From positions 3,008,001 through 3,072,000 of the forward strand of contig OZ240245.1 of the NCBI GenBank assembly GCA_965198175.1: 64,000 bases of DNA, in the 5' to 3' direction. Within the stretch, counting starts at the first letter, position 1. Each line of letters begins with the position of its first letter. Below, in pieces: positions 19,204-29,386 of this stretch. The notes beneath the pieces are model-generated. The model was not told the DNA's origin and ran no database searches. It saw nothing but the letters and a program-made list of their open reading frames with translations. Made by a program: the position numbers and the translations under genes. This DNA comes from Candidatus Poribacteria bacterium (GTDB taxonomy: Bacteria; Poribacteria; WGA-4E; PCPOR2b).

Positions 19204-22200
19204 TTAGGCGGTTGTACTGCTAGCCTCGACCACGCTAACCCCCCTAGCCCCCTTGTCAGGGAGGGATTTTTGGATGCCTAGCTCTGGTAAGTTTTCCACG
19301 ATGTCAACAGTTTCTAGGCTGACGGTGATTACTTTGGCGATGAGTTTGACGATGTATTGCGGGTCGTCGTCGCGGTTGGGGTCGTTGACGATGCCGCTGC
19401 GTTTGTCCGTCTTGATGCGATACTGGTCAATCACCCATTCCAACGCCGATCGATTGCCAAGCCGATAGTCGAACGCCCTTGCGGGTATCCCGTCGAGGGT
19501 TAAGAAATCGTTGTATTTTATCTGTGTCTTGTCCTTGGACAGCTTCATTTTTTCGACACGCCAATCGAGTTGTGTATCCGGTGTTTCGATCAAGCTGAGC
19601 GGATATTCGTCCACGTCCTCATAGCCGACGTGGATTTCCCCTAGGCACCCTCCCGCTTTGGCAAAGCCCCAGAAGTCCGGTGCATAGGGAAGGCACGGCA
19701 GGTCGCGTTTGAGGTTCGCAGCATACCGCTCCCGATATTCCGGGTGGTGCAGAAGTGCATAGACGTAATGGAAGATGTCCCATTTGCCGATGGTGTCGTC
19801 TCGGTAATGTGCTCGGAATTGTGACAATGCCCAAGCGGTAATGTTTTCCCGGCGGTTCTTCCCGTCTTCGTCGTAGGTGTAGAAGGGGAAGCATTGTCCC
19901 GGCGAGCCAAAACCTCCTATTGCTACAAGGTCGGGAATGCAATCGACCATGAGACACGTAAACGGTTTTTCCTTTGGTATGTTGGCACAAATCACTTGAT
20001 TTTCCGCTTCTGTCTCAGGTGTAGGTAGGATGGATGGAAAGACATACACACGCTCGGTCATCATTCGGTCAAAGTACAGGTTTAATTTCGTAAAGGGGCG
20101 ATAGAGAGAAACCTTCGCCTTTTCCCGCGAAAAATCAACGGTTTTCCCTCTTTGCAAGTTGCGTTTTAGTGACTCACTCCACTTGATTTTCGCTCCATCA
20201 TTAACCACAAACTCATCAACCGATCTGTCCCGATTTCCTCGACGCTTCCACCTATCAACCTCTGCGTTATAAGCCCCAATCAGTTGATTGATATTCTCCG
20301 CTAGGGCGTTTAGGTTGAAGTTGTAAGCCCAAGCATCACGATCGGTTTTAACACCGTTACTGTAAGTCTTAAAAATCACATTCCGCGCCTGCACCTTTGC
20401 CTCCTTCGCTTTGTGAGTTCCCATTGGCAAAAAGGCGTCAAACTCGGTGTGCAGCCCCTCTGTCAGCCATGTGTGGCGATGATCGGGCGTTATCGGTTTC
20501 CATTCAATGTTTCGGTAATGCTTATTTGAATCAAGATAGCGGTATTTGTCCTTCTTGCGCTAAAGTTCATCAACACGGGCGTAGAATATTTCGGGATGGG
20601 AATTTGCGTTGTCTCGCCTCTTGATGAAAAAATTGATACTTACACCGACCTGAATTCCAAAAACGTTGTGCGTTGTGCCTGAGAGTTTAGGGTTCTTACG
20701 GACGTTCCCACTCAGATCTAGAATGTAAATCGCGTCGAAATCGTCCGCTAAGTGTTTCCGCATCCCATCGAACGCCTCACCGTCGAGAAAACTGTTGTTG
20801 GTCACTAAGGCTACAACTCCTTCCTCACCAATGCGACTCGATGCCCACCGAATAGTCTTGACATACGGATCCGCCAATGCCTTTTTGTTCCTCGCCTTGG
20901 AATCTTTCCCATAGGTCTTAGCCACGTGTGCAGCCATTGTCTCATAATTCCGGTTTTTGTTGTTGTCGTTCTCGTTGACCTGACCCACGTTATATGGCGG
21001 ATTGCCGATAACCACAAACATCGGCGTCACTTTCTGACTCTCAACGCGACGGGTGTTCTCCTCGGCAAACAGAGATTGATAGTCGTCCGGGTCTTCCACC
21101 AACTCAAAAGTATCAACGAAGCAGGTACCCTCAAAGGGACGATATGCCCCCGTCGCTTCGTAAAAATAATGCTCGATGTTCATCGACGCGATGTAGTAGG
21201 GCAGCAGCATCACCTCGTTGCAGTGGAGTTCGGACTGATATTTGTCTGCCAGTGCAGTCTTCTGAATCTCGCGCATAACTCGCACGATGAAATTACCGGT
21301 TCCCACAAACGGGTCGATGATGTGAACGCCAGAATCGGAGAGAGATCGATTGAATTCGGTCTTTAGTATCTGATCGACGCTTTTCACCATAAAGTCGACA
21401 ATCGGTTGCGGTGTGTAGACAATTCCGTGCGTGTCTGCAACCTTCACCGAAAACCCCTGAAAAAACTGCTCGTAAACCGTGTTGAGAAAACCCTGTTTTT
21501 GGGAGAAGTCGCTGATTGTCGCAGCGGTGCGTTCGATTGCGATGTAAAAGTGATCGAGGCTACGAAGAAAACTGTCGCGGCTAAACGACTGCGAGGTGAG
21601 GGCATCAATCACTTTTTCGATTTCATAGGCGATGACGTTGCGGCGGGCGAAGTCGGGGTTATCGAAGACGGTGCGGAAGATGCGTTCGGTCAGAAGGTGC
21701 TGAATTAGCATCTCCTCGACTGCGGCTTCGGCGAGGTTGGGGTTGATTGCTTGACGACATTTCTCATGGAATTCGGCAAAGGCGACCTTAAACTGAGGAC
21801 TGATCTCCCGTTCCGTTTGTATGAGGGACGCCAAGCTGTCTCCGAGTGCAGGCACAACCGCTTTGAACTGCGCGACCGCATCCTCCCATTCGGCGTATTC
21901 CTGCGGACGGTGGGAAAAGAAGGTTTCGAGCGTCCCTATCAGTTCGGTAGGGTTGGTCAGGTTAACATCGAGCACCTGCTGGGTGTTTTGCCAAAGGATG
22001 GCGCGATGCGGGGTTTGGAAGAGGATGTTGTCGCAGGGGTAGCCCGCCTCAAATTTCTGCTGTACTTGGGTTGGTAGGTCGTCGTGGATGTCCTTCGCTT
22101 CCCAATAGCCATGCGGCAGCCGGAAATCGTCAATCAACGCGCCGTCAACGGCAATCCGCTTGTTACGAGGGGCATTCATCGAATGCTCAGGCACGAGAGT

Positions 22201-22353
22201 CCATTTTAACTTCTGTGCGCAGTGTTGAAGCAGGGATTGGAATGCCGAGCGGACCGCCGTCTCGTGGGTAACGCCGAGCCGGTTGAACTGATCGAGCGCG
22301 GCGTAGTAGTTTTTAATTGGTTTGTGAGTTGGTTTGAGGTTGAGGGTTGGCAT
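19204..22353 (-). pseudogene. Type ISP/IIG-like fused restriction-modification protein (nuclease-like N-terminus, N6-MTase, TRD) interrupted by an in-frame TAG
   Basis: D..GYWEAK, DPFVGTGNF, GNPPY; ORFs 20560..22353 and 19204..20430 share a frame and are joined by ARVDEL*RKKDKYRYL...; TAG at 20560-20562. Confidence 0.85.
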
Positions 22354-22375
22354 TGTGTTGGTTTTCGTAAATTTT

Positions 22376-22594
22376 CTAATTCGACAGATTCGCAGTTGAG
22401 GCTTCTATCTGTTCATAAGACAGTTCGGGTAGACTTGCCTGTTGATGGGCATGTTCAATGGTGATTGCCACTAGATTCCCAGAGGCATCCAGATCGACAT
22501 AAATATTCTCGTTAATCTCTTTTGTCTCGGTCACTTCTCGCCCTGAGAATTCAACCAAGGCGGTGTCTGTATCGTGAAAATATTTGACTTTCAT
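22376..22594 (-). CDS. DUF2283-family putative antitoxin (copy 2, no toxin partner)
   Basis: Near-identical to 16614..16832 (4 aa differences). Confidence 0.85.
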   Translation of the reverse strand: MKVKYFHDTDTALVEFSGREVTETKEINENIYVDLDASGNLVAITIEHAHQQASLPELSYEQIEASTANLSN

Positions 22595-22700
22595 TGGTTT
22601 ACTTTTCCACCCTTCCTACAATCGTGCGCCGAAGAAATCGGAGATTTCTAACGCCGAATACATAACTTTCGACACGGTCAAAATGACAGACAGGAAAAGC

Positions 22701-22762
22701 GTTGGGTTTCGGAGAAAACTATCGCCTTCGCTATTCGCACAGTTGATCTCTACCCAACCTAC
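22701..22762. repeat. REP-like unit carrying a 30-nt CTATCGC element (22719..22748)
   Basis: Nearly identical to 30229..30290. Confidence 0.8.
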
Positions 22763-22962
22763 AATCAACTGTGCACTCGCAGTCGTTTATCCATATCCTA
22801 ATAAAATTACAGAGGAGTCTTTTACCTGTGGGAGAGGCGTCTAAAACTATCGCGCTTCCTACTCGGTCGCTTGTTCGTTGAGTTTCGCTCCCTTATCAAC
22901 ATCCGCGATTAGTAGTTTTGGACTAACAAATGGGTGAACTATGTCAAAGGTGAAATTGTGCA

Positions 22963-23574
22963 TCACCACACAGAGACTCGTATCTGTGTTACCCTGCCAA
23001 ATTTACCTGGTCTATCGAGTTTTTTTGCATCGAACCACTGAATTTCTATTATATGGAAATAAGGACCTATTACGGCAAACCAGTCGCTCCGCTCCGCGTT
23101 CCGATGCTTTACTGGATGCTCTATCAGCTGATTGGGGTCATATCCGAGCATTATTACAGCTTCCTCTGCAGACACAACTCCTGAATGGGTTAATTCTACC
23201 CGTCCCACTTCACGTGCAGGTTTGTTCCTATCTACGTCTGTAACACTCAAAGAAAGATATGCCTTGTGGTTCAGCGTATACGTTTTAATGGGAGTAAACC
23301 GCTCTTCCGAAAAATACGGTGTAGTCCTCCCGTACTCAGGAGCAAAGGGGACATAAGAGATGTTTGTTCTCCTGTAGTTGCCAAAGTCGGTTGTTGCTCT
23401 TACTTTAGCTTGGCTCTCTTTCAATGGAGTTCCTAGGAGCTCTTTAGCATTTATCACATACTCAGGCACAATTGGTTTGGTATCTGTCTCAAGCCCCTTC
23501 ACAATTTTGGTGCCGCCCGCCGCTGCTATCAGAAACAGACCTACCGCCAGCAACCCATGCCGTATAAAGCGCAT
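22963..23574 (-). CDS. Secreted hypothetical protein, tandem paralog type A
   Basis: Signal-like N-terminus; GRVELTH.GVVS..EA..MLGYDP core shared with four neighbours. Confidence 0.8.
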   Translation of the reverse strand: MRFIRHGLLAVGLFLIAAAGGTKIVKGLETDTKPIVPEYVINAKELLGTPLKESQAKVRATTDFGNYRRTNISYVPFAPEYGRTTPYFSEERFTPIKTYTLNHKAYLSLSVTDVDRNKPAREVGRVELTHSGVVSAEEAVIMLGYDPNQLIEHPVKHRNAERSDWFAVIGPYFHIIEIQWFDAKKLDRPGKFGRVTQIRVSVW

Positions 23575-23604
23575 CTTATCCTCCTTTTGAGAAAAATTAA
23601 CGCA

Positions 23605-24201
23605 TTACCACGCACTGGCTCGAATCTGTGTGACCTTGCCAAGTTCCGTTGCATCGAACCACTGAATTTCAATGAGGTGGAAGTAGGGACCCATCTGAAC
23701 AAACCAGTTACTCGTATCGGCGTTCCTATGTTTGACCGGGTGTTCTATCAGATTGTTTGGGTCATATCCAAGCATCATTACTGCTTCCTCTGCGGACACA
23801 ACGCCGTTATGAGTTAATTCTACCCTGCCCACTTCAACTTCCTTTGGGTTTTTGTCTACTTCTGTGAAATACAGAGACAGATACGCTCTGTCCTTCCGAG
23901 TATACGTTTCAATGGGTGTGATGTGTTTTTCCTTGAAGTACGGCTTTGTCCTTCCGAAATCTGACCTGCCCGGCAAATACATGTTGTGTCGTCCTTTGTG
24001 GTGACGGAACCAGAAATTTGATAATTCGAACACTTTGCCTGCGCTTTCCTTTATTCCGAGTCCGAATAGCTCTTTGGCATCTACCACATATTCAGGCACA
24101 ATCGCTTTGGCATCTGTCTCAGGCGCCGGCGCAACCTTGGTACCGCCCCCCGTAAACATCAAGATTAAGATGACGTAAATCAGAAATAGTCGTCGTTTCA
24201 T
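23605..24201 (-). CDS. Secreted hypothetical protein, tandem paralog type B
   Basis: Same core; AAGGAGG RBS. Confidence 0.8.
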   Translation of the reverse strand: MKRRLFLIYVILILMFTGGGTKVAPAPETDAKAIVPEYVVDAKELFGLGIKESAGKVFELSNFWFRHHKGRHNMYLPGRSDFGRTKPYFKEKHITPIETYTRKDRAYLSLYFTEVDKNPKEVEVGRVELTHNGVVSAEEAVMMLGYDPNNLIEHPVKHRNADTSNWFVQMGPYFHLIEIQWFDATELGKVTQIRASAW

Positions 24202-24375
24202 GATAGTTTCCTCCTTCCAGACAAGCCCAAGAAGAATTTCAAATAGTCAGGTGTAGCTGGTTCATTGCCTGAGAACATCGTTCCAACTTTACTTTCTCAC
24301 GAAATTCGTCTGCATGGAGACACGTGTCCCAATGCGCAACGAACCCCGGCCCCACTTCCCCGTCCGGTGTACAAA

Positions 24376-24990
24376 TCACCACACAGAGACTCGAATCTGT
24401 GTGACTTTACCCAAGCTTTCTCCTATTCTGGCGGGTTTTTCTGCATCGAACCACTGAATTTCTATTATATGGAAATAAGGACCTATTAAGGCAAACCAGT
24501 CGCTCCGCTCCGCGTTCCGATGCTTTACTGGATGCTCTGCCAGCTGCTTGGGGTCATATCCGAGCATCATGATCGCTTCCTCTGCAGACACAACCCCTGA
24601 ATGGGTTAATTCTACCCGTCCAACTTCACGTCCAGGTATGTTCCTATCTACGTCTGTAACACCTAAAGCAAGGTATGCCTTGTGGTTCAAAGTGTAGGTT
24701 TGAATGAGGTCAAACTGTGCTTCCGTAAAATATAGTGTAGTCCTCCCGTATTCACGGGCACAGGAGGCAAAACAGATGTTGTCTGCCATGTAGATGGGAA
24801 AGTCGGTTGTTGCTCTTACTTTAGCTCGGCTCTCTTTCAATGAAGTTCCTAAGAGTTCTTTAGCATCTATCACATACTCAGGCACAATCGCTTTTGTATC
24901 TGTCTCAAGCCCCTTCACAGTCTTGGTGCCACCCCCCGCTGCTATCAGAAGCAAACCTACTGCCGGCAGCCAATGCCTTATAAAACGCAT
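24376..24990 (-). CDS. Secreted hypothetical protein, tandem paralog type A
   Basis: Same core; GAGGAGG RBS. Confidence 0.8.
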   Translation of the reverse strand: MRFIRHWLPAVGLLLIAAGGGTKTVKGLETDTKAIVPEYVIDAKELLGTSLKESRAKVRATTDFPIYMADNICFASCAREYGRTTLYFTEAQFDLIQTYTLNHKAYLALGVTDVDRNIPGREVGRVELTHSGVVSAEEAIMMLGYDPKQLAEHPVKHRNAERSDWFALIGPYFHIIEIQWFDAEKPARIGESLGKVTQIRVSVW

Positions 24991-25020
24991 CTTACCCTCC
25001 TCTTGAGAAAAATTAACGCA

Positions 25021-25614
25021 TTACCACACACTGGCTCGAATCTGTGTGACTTTACCACGTTCCGTTGCAAAGAACCACTGTATTTCAATTATATGGAAGT
25101 AGGAATCTATTACGGCAAACCAGTCGCTCCGCTCCGCGTTCCGATGCTTTACTGGATGCTCTGTCAGCTGCTTGGGGTCATATCCGAGCATCATGATCGC
25201 TTCCGCTGCAGACACAACCCCTGAATGGGTTAATTCTACCCGTCCAATTTCACGTCCACGTATGTTCCTATCTACGTCTGTAACACTCAAAGAAAGATAC
25301 GCCTTGTTGTTCAGCGTATAGGTTTCAATGCGATCAAACTGTGCTTCCGTAAAATACGGAGTAATCCTCCCGTACTCACGGGTAAAGGGGGCAAAAGAGA
25401 AGTTTGCTGACATGTAGCCGCGAAAGTCGGTTGTTGCTCTTACTTTAGCTTCGCACGCTTTCAGTGAAATGCCTAAGAGTTCTTTAACATTTATCACATA
25501 CTCAGGCACAATCGCTTTTGTATCTGTCTCAAGCCCCTTCACAGTCTTGGTGCCACCCCCCGCTGCTATCAGAAACAAACCTACCGCCAGCAGCCAATGC
25601 CTTATAAAACGCAT
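25021..25614 (-). CDS. Secreted hypothetical protein, tandem paralog type A
   Basis: Same core; GAGGAGG RBS. Confidence 0.8.
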   Translation of the reverse strand: MRFIRHWLLAVGLFLIAAGGGTKTVKGLETDTKAIVPEYVINVKELLGISLKACEAKVRATTDFRGYMSANFSFAPFTREYGRITPYFTEAQFDRIETYTLNNKAYLSLSVTDVDRNIRGREIGRVELTHSGVVSAAEAIMMLGYDPKQLTEHPVKHRNAERSDWFAVIDSYFHIIEIQWFFATERGKVTQIRASVW

Positions 25615-25644
25615 CTTACCCTCCTCTTGAGAAAAATTAACGCA

Positions 25645-26241
25645 TTACCACACACTGGCTCGAATCTGTGTGACTTTACCAAGTTCCGTTGCTTCGAACC
25701 ACTGTATTTCAATGAGGTGGAAGTAGGGATCTATTTGAACAAACCAGTTACTCGTATCAGCGTTCCTATGTTTAACTGGGTGTTCTATTAGATTGTTAGG
25801 GTCGTATCCAAGCATCATGACTGCTTCCTCTCCAGATACAACGCCTAAATGAGTTAATTCTACCCTTCCCACTTCAACTTCTTTTGCGTTCTTATCTACT
25901 TCTGTGAAATACAGAGACAGATACGCTTTGTCCTTCAGCGTATACGTTTCAATGGGTGTGATGTGTTTTTCATTGAAGTACGGATTTGTTCTTCCGTAAC
26001 CAAGAGAGTACGGCAGATACATGTTGTGCCGTGCTTTGGGTGGCCGGAACCAGAAATCAGATATTGCGAACACTTTGCCTGCGCTTTCCTTTATTCCGAG
26101 TCCGATTAGTTCTTTGGCATCTACCACATATTCAGGCACAATCGCTTTGGCATCTGTCCCAGGCGCCGGCGCAACCTTAGTACCGCCCCCCGCAGACATC
26201 AAGATTAAAAAGGTGTAAATCAGGCATGGTCGGAATTTCAT
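25645..26241 (-). CDS. Secreted hypothetical protein, tandem paralog type B
   Basis: Start reassigned to MKFRPCL (26241) by RBS and match to 23605..24201. Confidence 0.8.
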   Translation of the reverse strand: MKFRPCLIYTFLILMSAGGGTKVAPAPGTDAKAIVPEYVVDAKELIGLGIKESAGKVFAISDFWFRPPKARHNMYLPYSLGYGRTNPYFNEKHITPIETYTLKDKAYLSLYFTEVDKNAKEVEVGRVELTHLGVVSGEEAVMMLGYDPNNLIEHPVKHRNADTSNWFVQIDPYFHLIEIQWFEATELGKVTQIRASVW

Positions 26242-26276
26242 GATAGTTTCCTCCTTCAAGACAAGCCCAAGTTTTT

Positions 26277-26376
26277 GTAGGTTGGGTAGAGCGGAGTTAA
26301 TGAAACATGTGCAATTTGACAAATCAGTTTGTCGATTGTTTGCGTTCGACATTCGTTCGATGAAGCGAAACCCAAC
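26277..26376. repeat. REP-like unit (inverted partner at 26843..26945)
   Basis: GTAGGTTGGGTAGAG..GAAACCCAAC. Confidence 0.75.
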
Positions 26377-26577
26377 TCTTTTAAACACTCTGGACAACAA
26401 AAAAGCGGCGCAAGGATTGCGGCGTACCTTACCCCAAACGACTCCTTTGCCTTTTCTACATTTTTATTGTTTCAATTGTTGAACGTTTGGAAATGACTGG
26501 TGCGTCGGCGACCCAGTTAGCGTCTTCACGCATACTCTTGATATTAACTTCGGCTTTTATGCCAATTTGGATGTTAT

Positions 26578-26769
26578 TCATTGCCGTATTTCCACTTCAA
26601 GTCCGTCTAGGTAGGCCCGCATTCTTACCAGCTGTACTTCTAAGCGTCCCAGTTTTTTGGTTATTACGGCAATGTCCTCTTGGTATTGTGGCTTTTTTAT
26701 TGGCGAGATTATGCCGAACATGATTAGGGTGATTAACGTTAATAGTATGGTGCGGATGATGTCCAACAT
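26578..26769 (-). CDS. Small membrane-anchored hypothetical protein
   Basis: MLDIIRTILLTLITLIMFGII plus coiled-coil-like tail; ATG at 26769. Confidence 0.5.
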   Translation of the reverse strand: MLDIIRTILLTLITLIMFGIISPIKKPQYQEDIAVITKKLGRLEVQLVRMRAYLDGLEVEIRQ

Positions 26770-27048
26770 TTTTCGTCTCCTGTTGTTAGATGTGAGTTGC
26801 TGCTTGGTTATTACAATCTCGTTTTGGAGATGATTCAACTGCGTTGGGTTTCGCTTCATTATAAACATTTATCCAGCAATCTCAACATACGAATCCCGTA
26901 CGGGATACTTCGTCTGTTTCAGCATCACCGCTCTACCCAACCTTCGTAACTAGCGCCTTCTTATCCACTCGGTTGATCTTTCCCTGTTTGGTCGGTTGAT
27001 TAGTTCGCAGATCGCTCCTATCGCTAGACGTGAATTGGAAATTCGAGA

Positions 27049-28833
27049 TTAACTGTAGGGGACCCAAAAGTCAGGCAATCGCCTATCCGTACTCCTCGGT
27101 TCTTCCCAGGGCATGCCTAGAGGCCGCGGCTCTGGACGGAGACGAAGCACGGGCTGCGACCATGCGCCTTCCGTCGCGTCCGGCGCGTCGTTAAAATCCC
27201 CATAGGGCCACTGTCTCATCTGATCCATATAGAGTTCTGATAATTTGGTCGAAAAGCAGAGCCAACCGTTTTCTATCGGCGATTGGAGCGTAGCGATCCG
27301 GTCTTCTTTGCGCTTGATTCGGCGAACATATTCGACAGGTTCCGAAATCCTGTGTTTTGTCCGAAGCTCCTTATACTCCCTATCGAAGTTGTTTCTCATG
27401 TCTCCGGTCGGGTCCACAAAATTCTCGCACCGGAGGTAGTAATTGGCGCGCTCCATTCGCTGGGATAGGAATGACCGGGATTTCAAGAACTCTTGCATGT
27501 GGGCTTCAAGTTGCGCCCCGCGCGATCCCCTAAGCAGCTTCGCTGAATACACGTATCCATACGCCGGCGCGGTCATCAGGTCGTCATACTTCCCTTTGGG
27601 TACCGGTTCCCACAACACCGTGACGACCGCGGCGTAGCAGTTCTCCTCTCGAATCTCAAGTGCCCCAGCCCAGTCCAAAAAGATCGTTGCGCCGCTAAAC
27701 TCGTCCCAGTGAACGAGCCGACCGTCGGAACGCAGCAGACCCGCGTGCTCAATTTCGAAGGTAACCGCTTCATCCATCGCGAACCAAGCCATCGCGCGGT
27801 CGACCGGCAGATTCTGATATTCCCGCAGAATAAACGGTCTGCCGTGTTCAAATTCCTTTTCACGAATCTTACGATAGGACCACTTTTCGTGCCAGAGTTC
27901 CTCGACGCCTTCGTTCATCGCGGCTTTATTGGCTTCGTAAAATTCATCAATATTTTCCTGACGCACCAAGGGGTCGACCGCATGATCGCAGTAGATTTTC
28001 CGATACTCTTTCCACAGCGCTTCGTGCCTCGGGTGTTTCAACTCAGGCGGATGCTCGATTGCTTGAAAATTGTGCGTCGTCCAAGCTGCTTTTTTGCGCA
28101 GTCCGTATGCTATCGCCTTAACAGCTTTCACCGTATCCACACAGATAAAATTCGTATTCTCGTCGCCGCACTGCATCAGGTCGGACTCCCACCAGTCCAA
28201 ATCTTTCTCAAGCCTTTTTGGATTCCTGATGGCATCACGGTCGTCGAGGTCGTCCGAAATAACTAGCGAGGGACGATAGCCTCGGAACAGGCTGCCTCGA
28301 ACCTTGCCGCCGCGAGACTGGGGAACCAATAGCACGCCGTTGGATGTAATGGATCGCCGCTCCGCCCAAACGTTGCCCTTCAGGTGTTGGAACGCCTCGT
28401 TGAATTCAATTTCCGATTGAATATCTTTGATACGGTCAATGGCGTTGTCGTACGTGCGGCTGAGGATAAGAATGTAATTGTCGCACGGCATCCCGAATTC
28501 TTCGTAGAGATACTTGTAGAAAATACAGTGAATCGGGTAAATAACCGCCATGCAAGTCGACTTCGAGGAGCCGCGCGGTGCGAGGAAATTCGCTTTTTTC
28601 CCGCGTTCACCGCGAGGGATGGCGTTAAAGAACGCGGTGTGATGCTTGCCGAACGGCAAACGCGTAATTTCCGGGAAATACCGTTTCGCAAAGTAAGCGA
28701 TTGACGCGAACCCCGCGATCTCATCAAATTCACTGCGCTCCTTTGGCGCAAGCTCGCGCCGCATCTTCTCTAGTTCTGTGATTTGTTCATTGCAATCAAG
28801 TGAACTTAACCTTGATTGCATCCACTCAAACAT
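27049..28833 (-). CDS. terL: Phage terminase large subunit
   Basis: APRGSSKST (Walker A), LVISDDLD (Walker B), REYQNLP and C-terminal nuclease DAPDA motif. Confidence 0.85.
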   Translation of the reverse strand: MFEWMQSRLSSLDCNEQITELEKMRRELAPKERSEFDEIAGFASIAYFAKRYFPEITRLPFGKHHTAFFNAIPRGERGKKANFLAPRGSSKSTCMAVIYPIHCIFYKYLYEEFGMPCDNYILILSRTYDNAIDRIKDIQSEIEFNEAFQHLKGNVWAERRSITSNGVLLVPQSRGGKVRGSLFRGYRPSLVISDDLDDRDAIRNPKRLEKDLDWWESDLMQCGDENTNFICVDTVKAVKAIAYGLRKKAAWTTHNFQAIEHPPELKHPRHEALWKEYRKIYCDHAVDPLVRQENIDEFYEANKAAMNEGVEELWHEKWSYRKIREKEFEHGRPFILREYQNLPVDRAMAWFAMDEAVTFEIEHAGLLRSDGRLVHWDEFSGATIFLDWAGALEIREENCYAAVVTVLWEPVPKGKYDDLMTAPAYGYVYSAKLLRGSRGAQLEAHMQEFLKSRSFLSQRMERANYYLRCENFVDPTGDMRNNFDREYKELRTKHRISEPVEYVRRIKRKEDRIATLQSPIENGWLCFSTKLSELYMDQMRQWPYGDFNDAPDATEGAWSQPVLRLRPEPRPLGMPWEEPRSTDRRLPDFWVPYS

Positions 28834-29386
28834 TTGGCATCTTGTCACCGTTCCTTCCTCCCGCATTTTGCGTGGAATGTTGTTCGTCCCAGCGGCGGGC
28901 TAACTTCTCAAAGGTCCCGTTCGGGGGTCTGCCGGTATAGTTCGGATGACTCGGGTTATCCTCTGGTTTCCCTGTCTCCGACTGTGTTTGCTCCGTCGTC
29001 TCGGATTCCGTGTGCACTTCGTCTTCGGCATCGGCGTGTTGAATTGCAGCGCGTCGCCCAAACTCCTCCGGGAATCGCCTCTCCAAAATCCATGCCGCCG
29101 CTTGCCAGGAGTCCGCATTGTGGATTTTTTCCAATAGCTCTGAAGAATAGCCATTCAATGCCTTGGAGGTGTCCCGCACAAAATACCTGAGAACGTCGTC
29201 GCGATTAGGGTTTTTGCCCAGCGCCTCTTCCGGATCCAACGGATCTAGCTCCTTGTCCGAAAATTCGTTCTGCCAGTTGTGATAGGTCTTTTCGCAGATG
29301 CCCGCGCCAACGCAAGCATGCTTGATGATTGTGCCGTTACGTAAGGCTTTCGCCAAAATGTCTATTCGCTCTTTTGTTAGTTTCAT
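28826..29386 (-). CDS. Probable terminase small subunit / phage HTH protein
   Basis: HTH AC..AGI...TY.NW and WQAAAWILERRFPEEFGR; overlaps the terL start. Confidence 0.65.
   Translation of the reverse strand: MKLTKERIDILAKALRNGTIIKHACVGAGICEKTYHNWQNEFSDKELDPLDPEEALGKNPNRDDVLRYFVRDTSKALNGYSSELLEKIHNADSWQAAAWILERRFPEEFGRRAAIQHADAEDEVHTESETTEQTQSETGKPEDNPSHPNYTGRPPNGTFEKLARRWDEQHSTQNAGGRNGDKMPNV

Noticed and set aside
20560..20562. Pyrrolysine read-through in the R-M gene
   Set aside because: No pyl genes or methylamine methyltransferase context; TGG>TAG is the simpler explanation
22963..26241. Diversity-generating retroelement
   Set aside because: Differences between paralogues are not confined to adenines, and no reverse transcriptase or non-coding template repeat is present in the window
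14653..26241. Integron cassette array
   Set aside because: No integrase seen, and the intergenic repeats fit REP-type termini rather than attC structure
27049..29386. Complete prophage
   Set aside because: No portal, capsid, tail, lysis or integrase genes recognised
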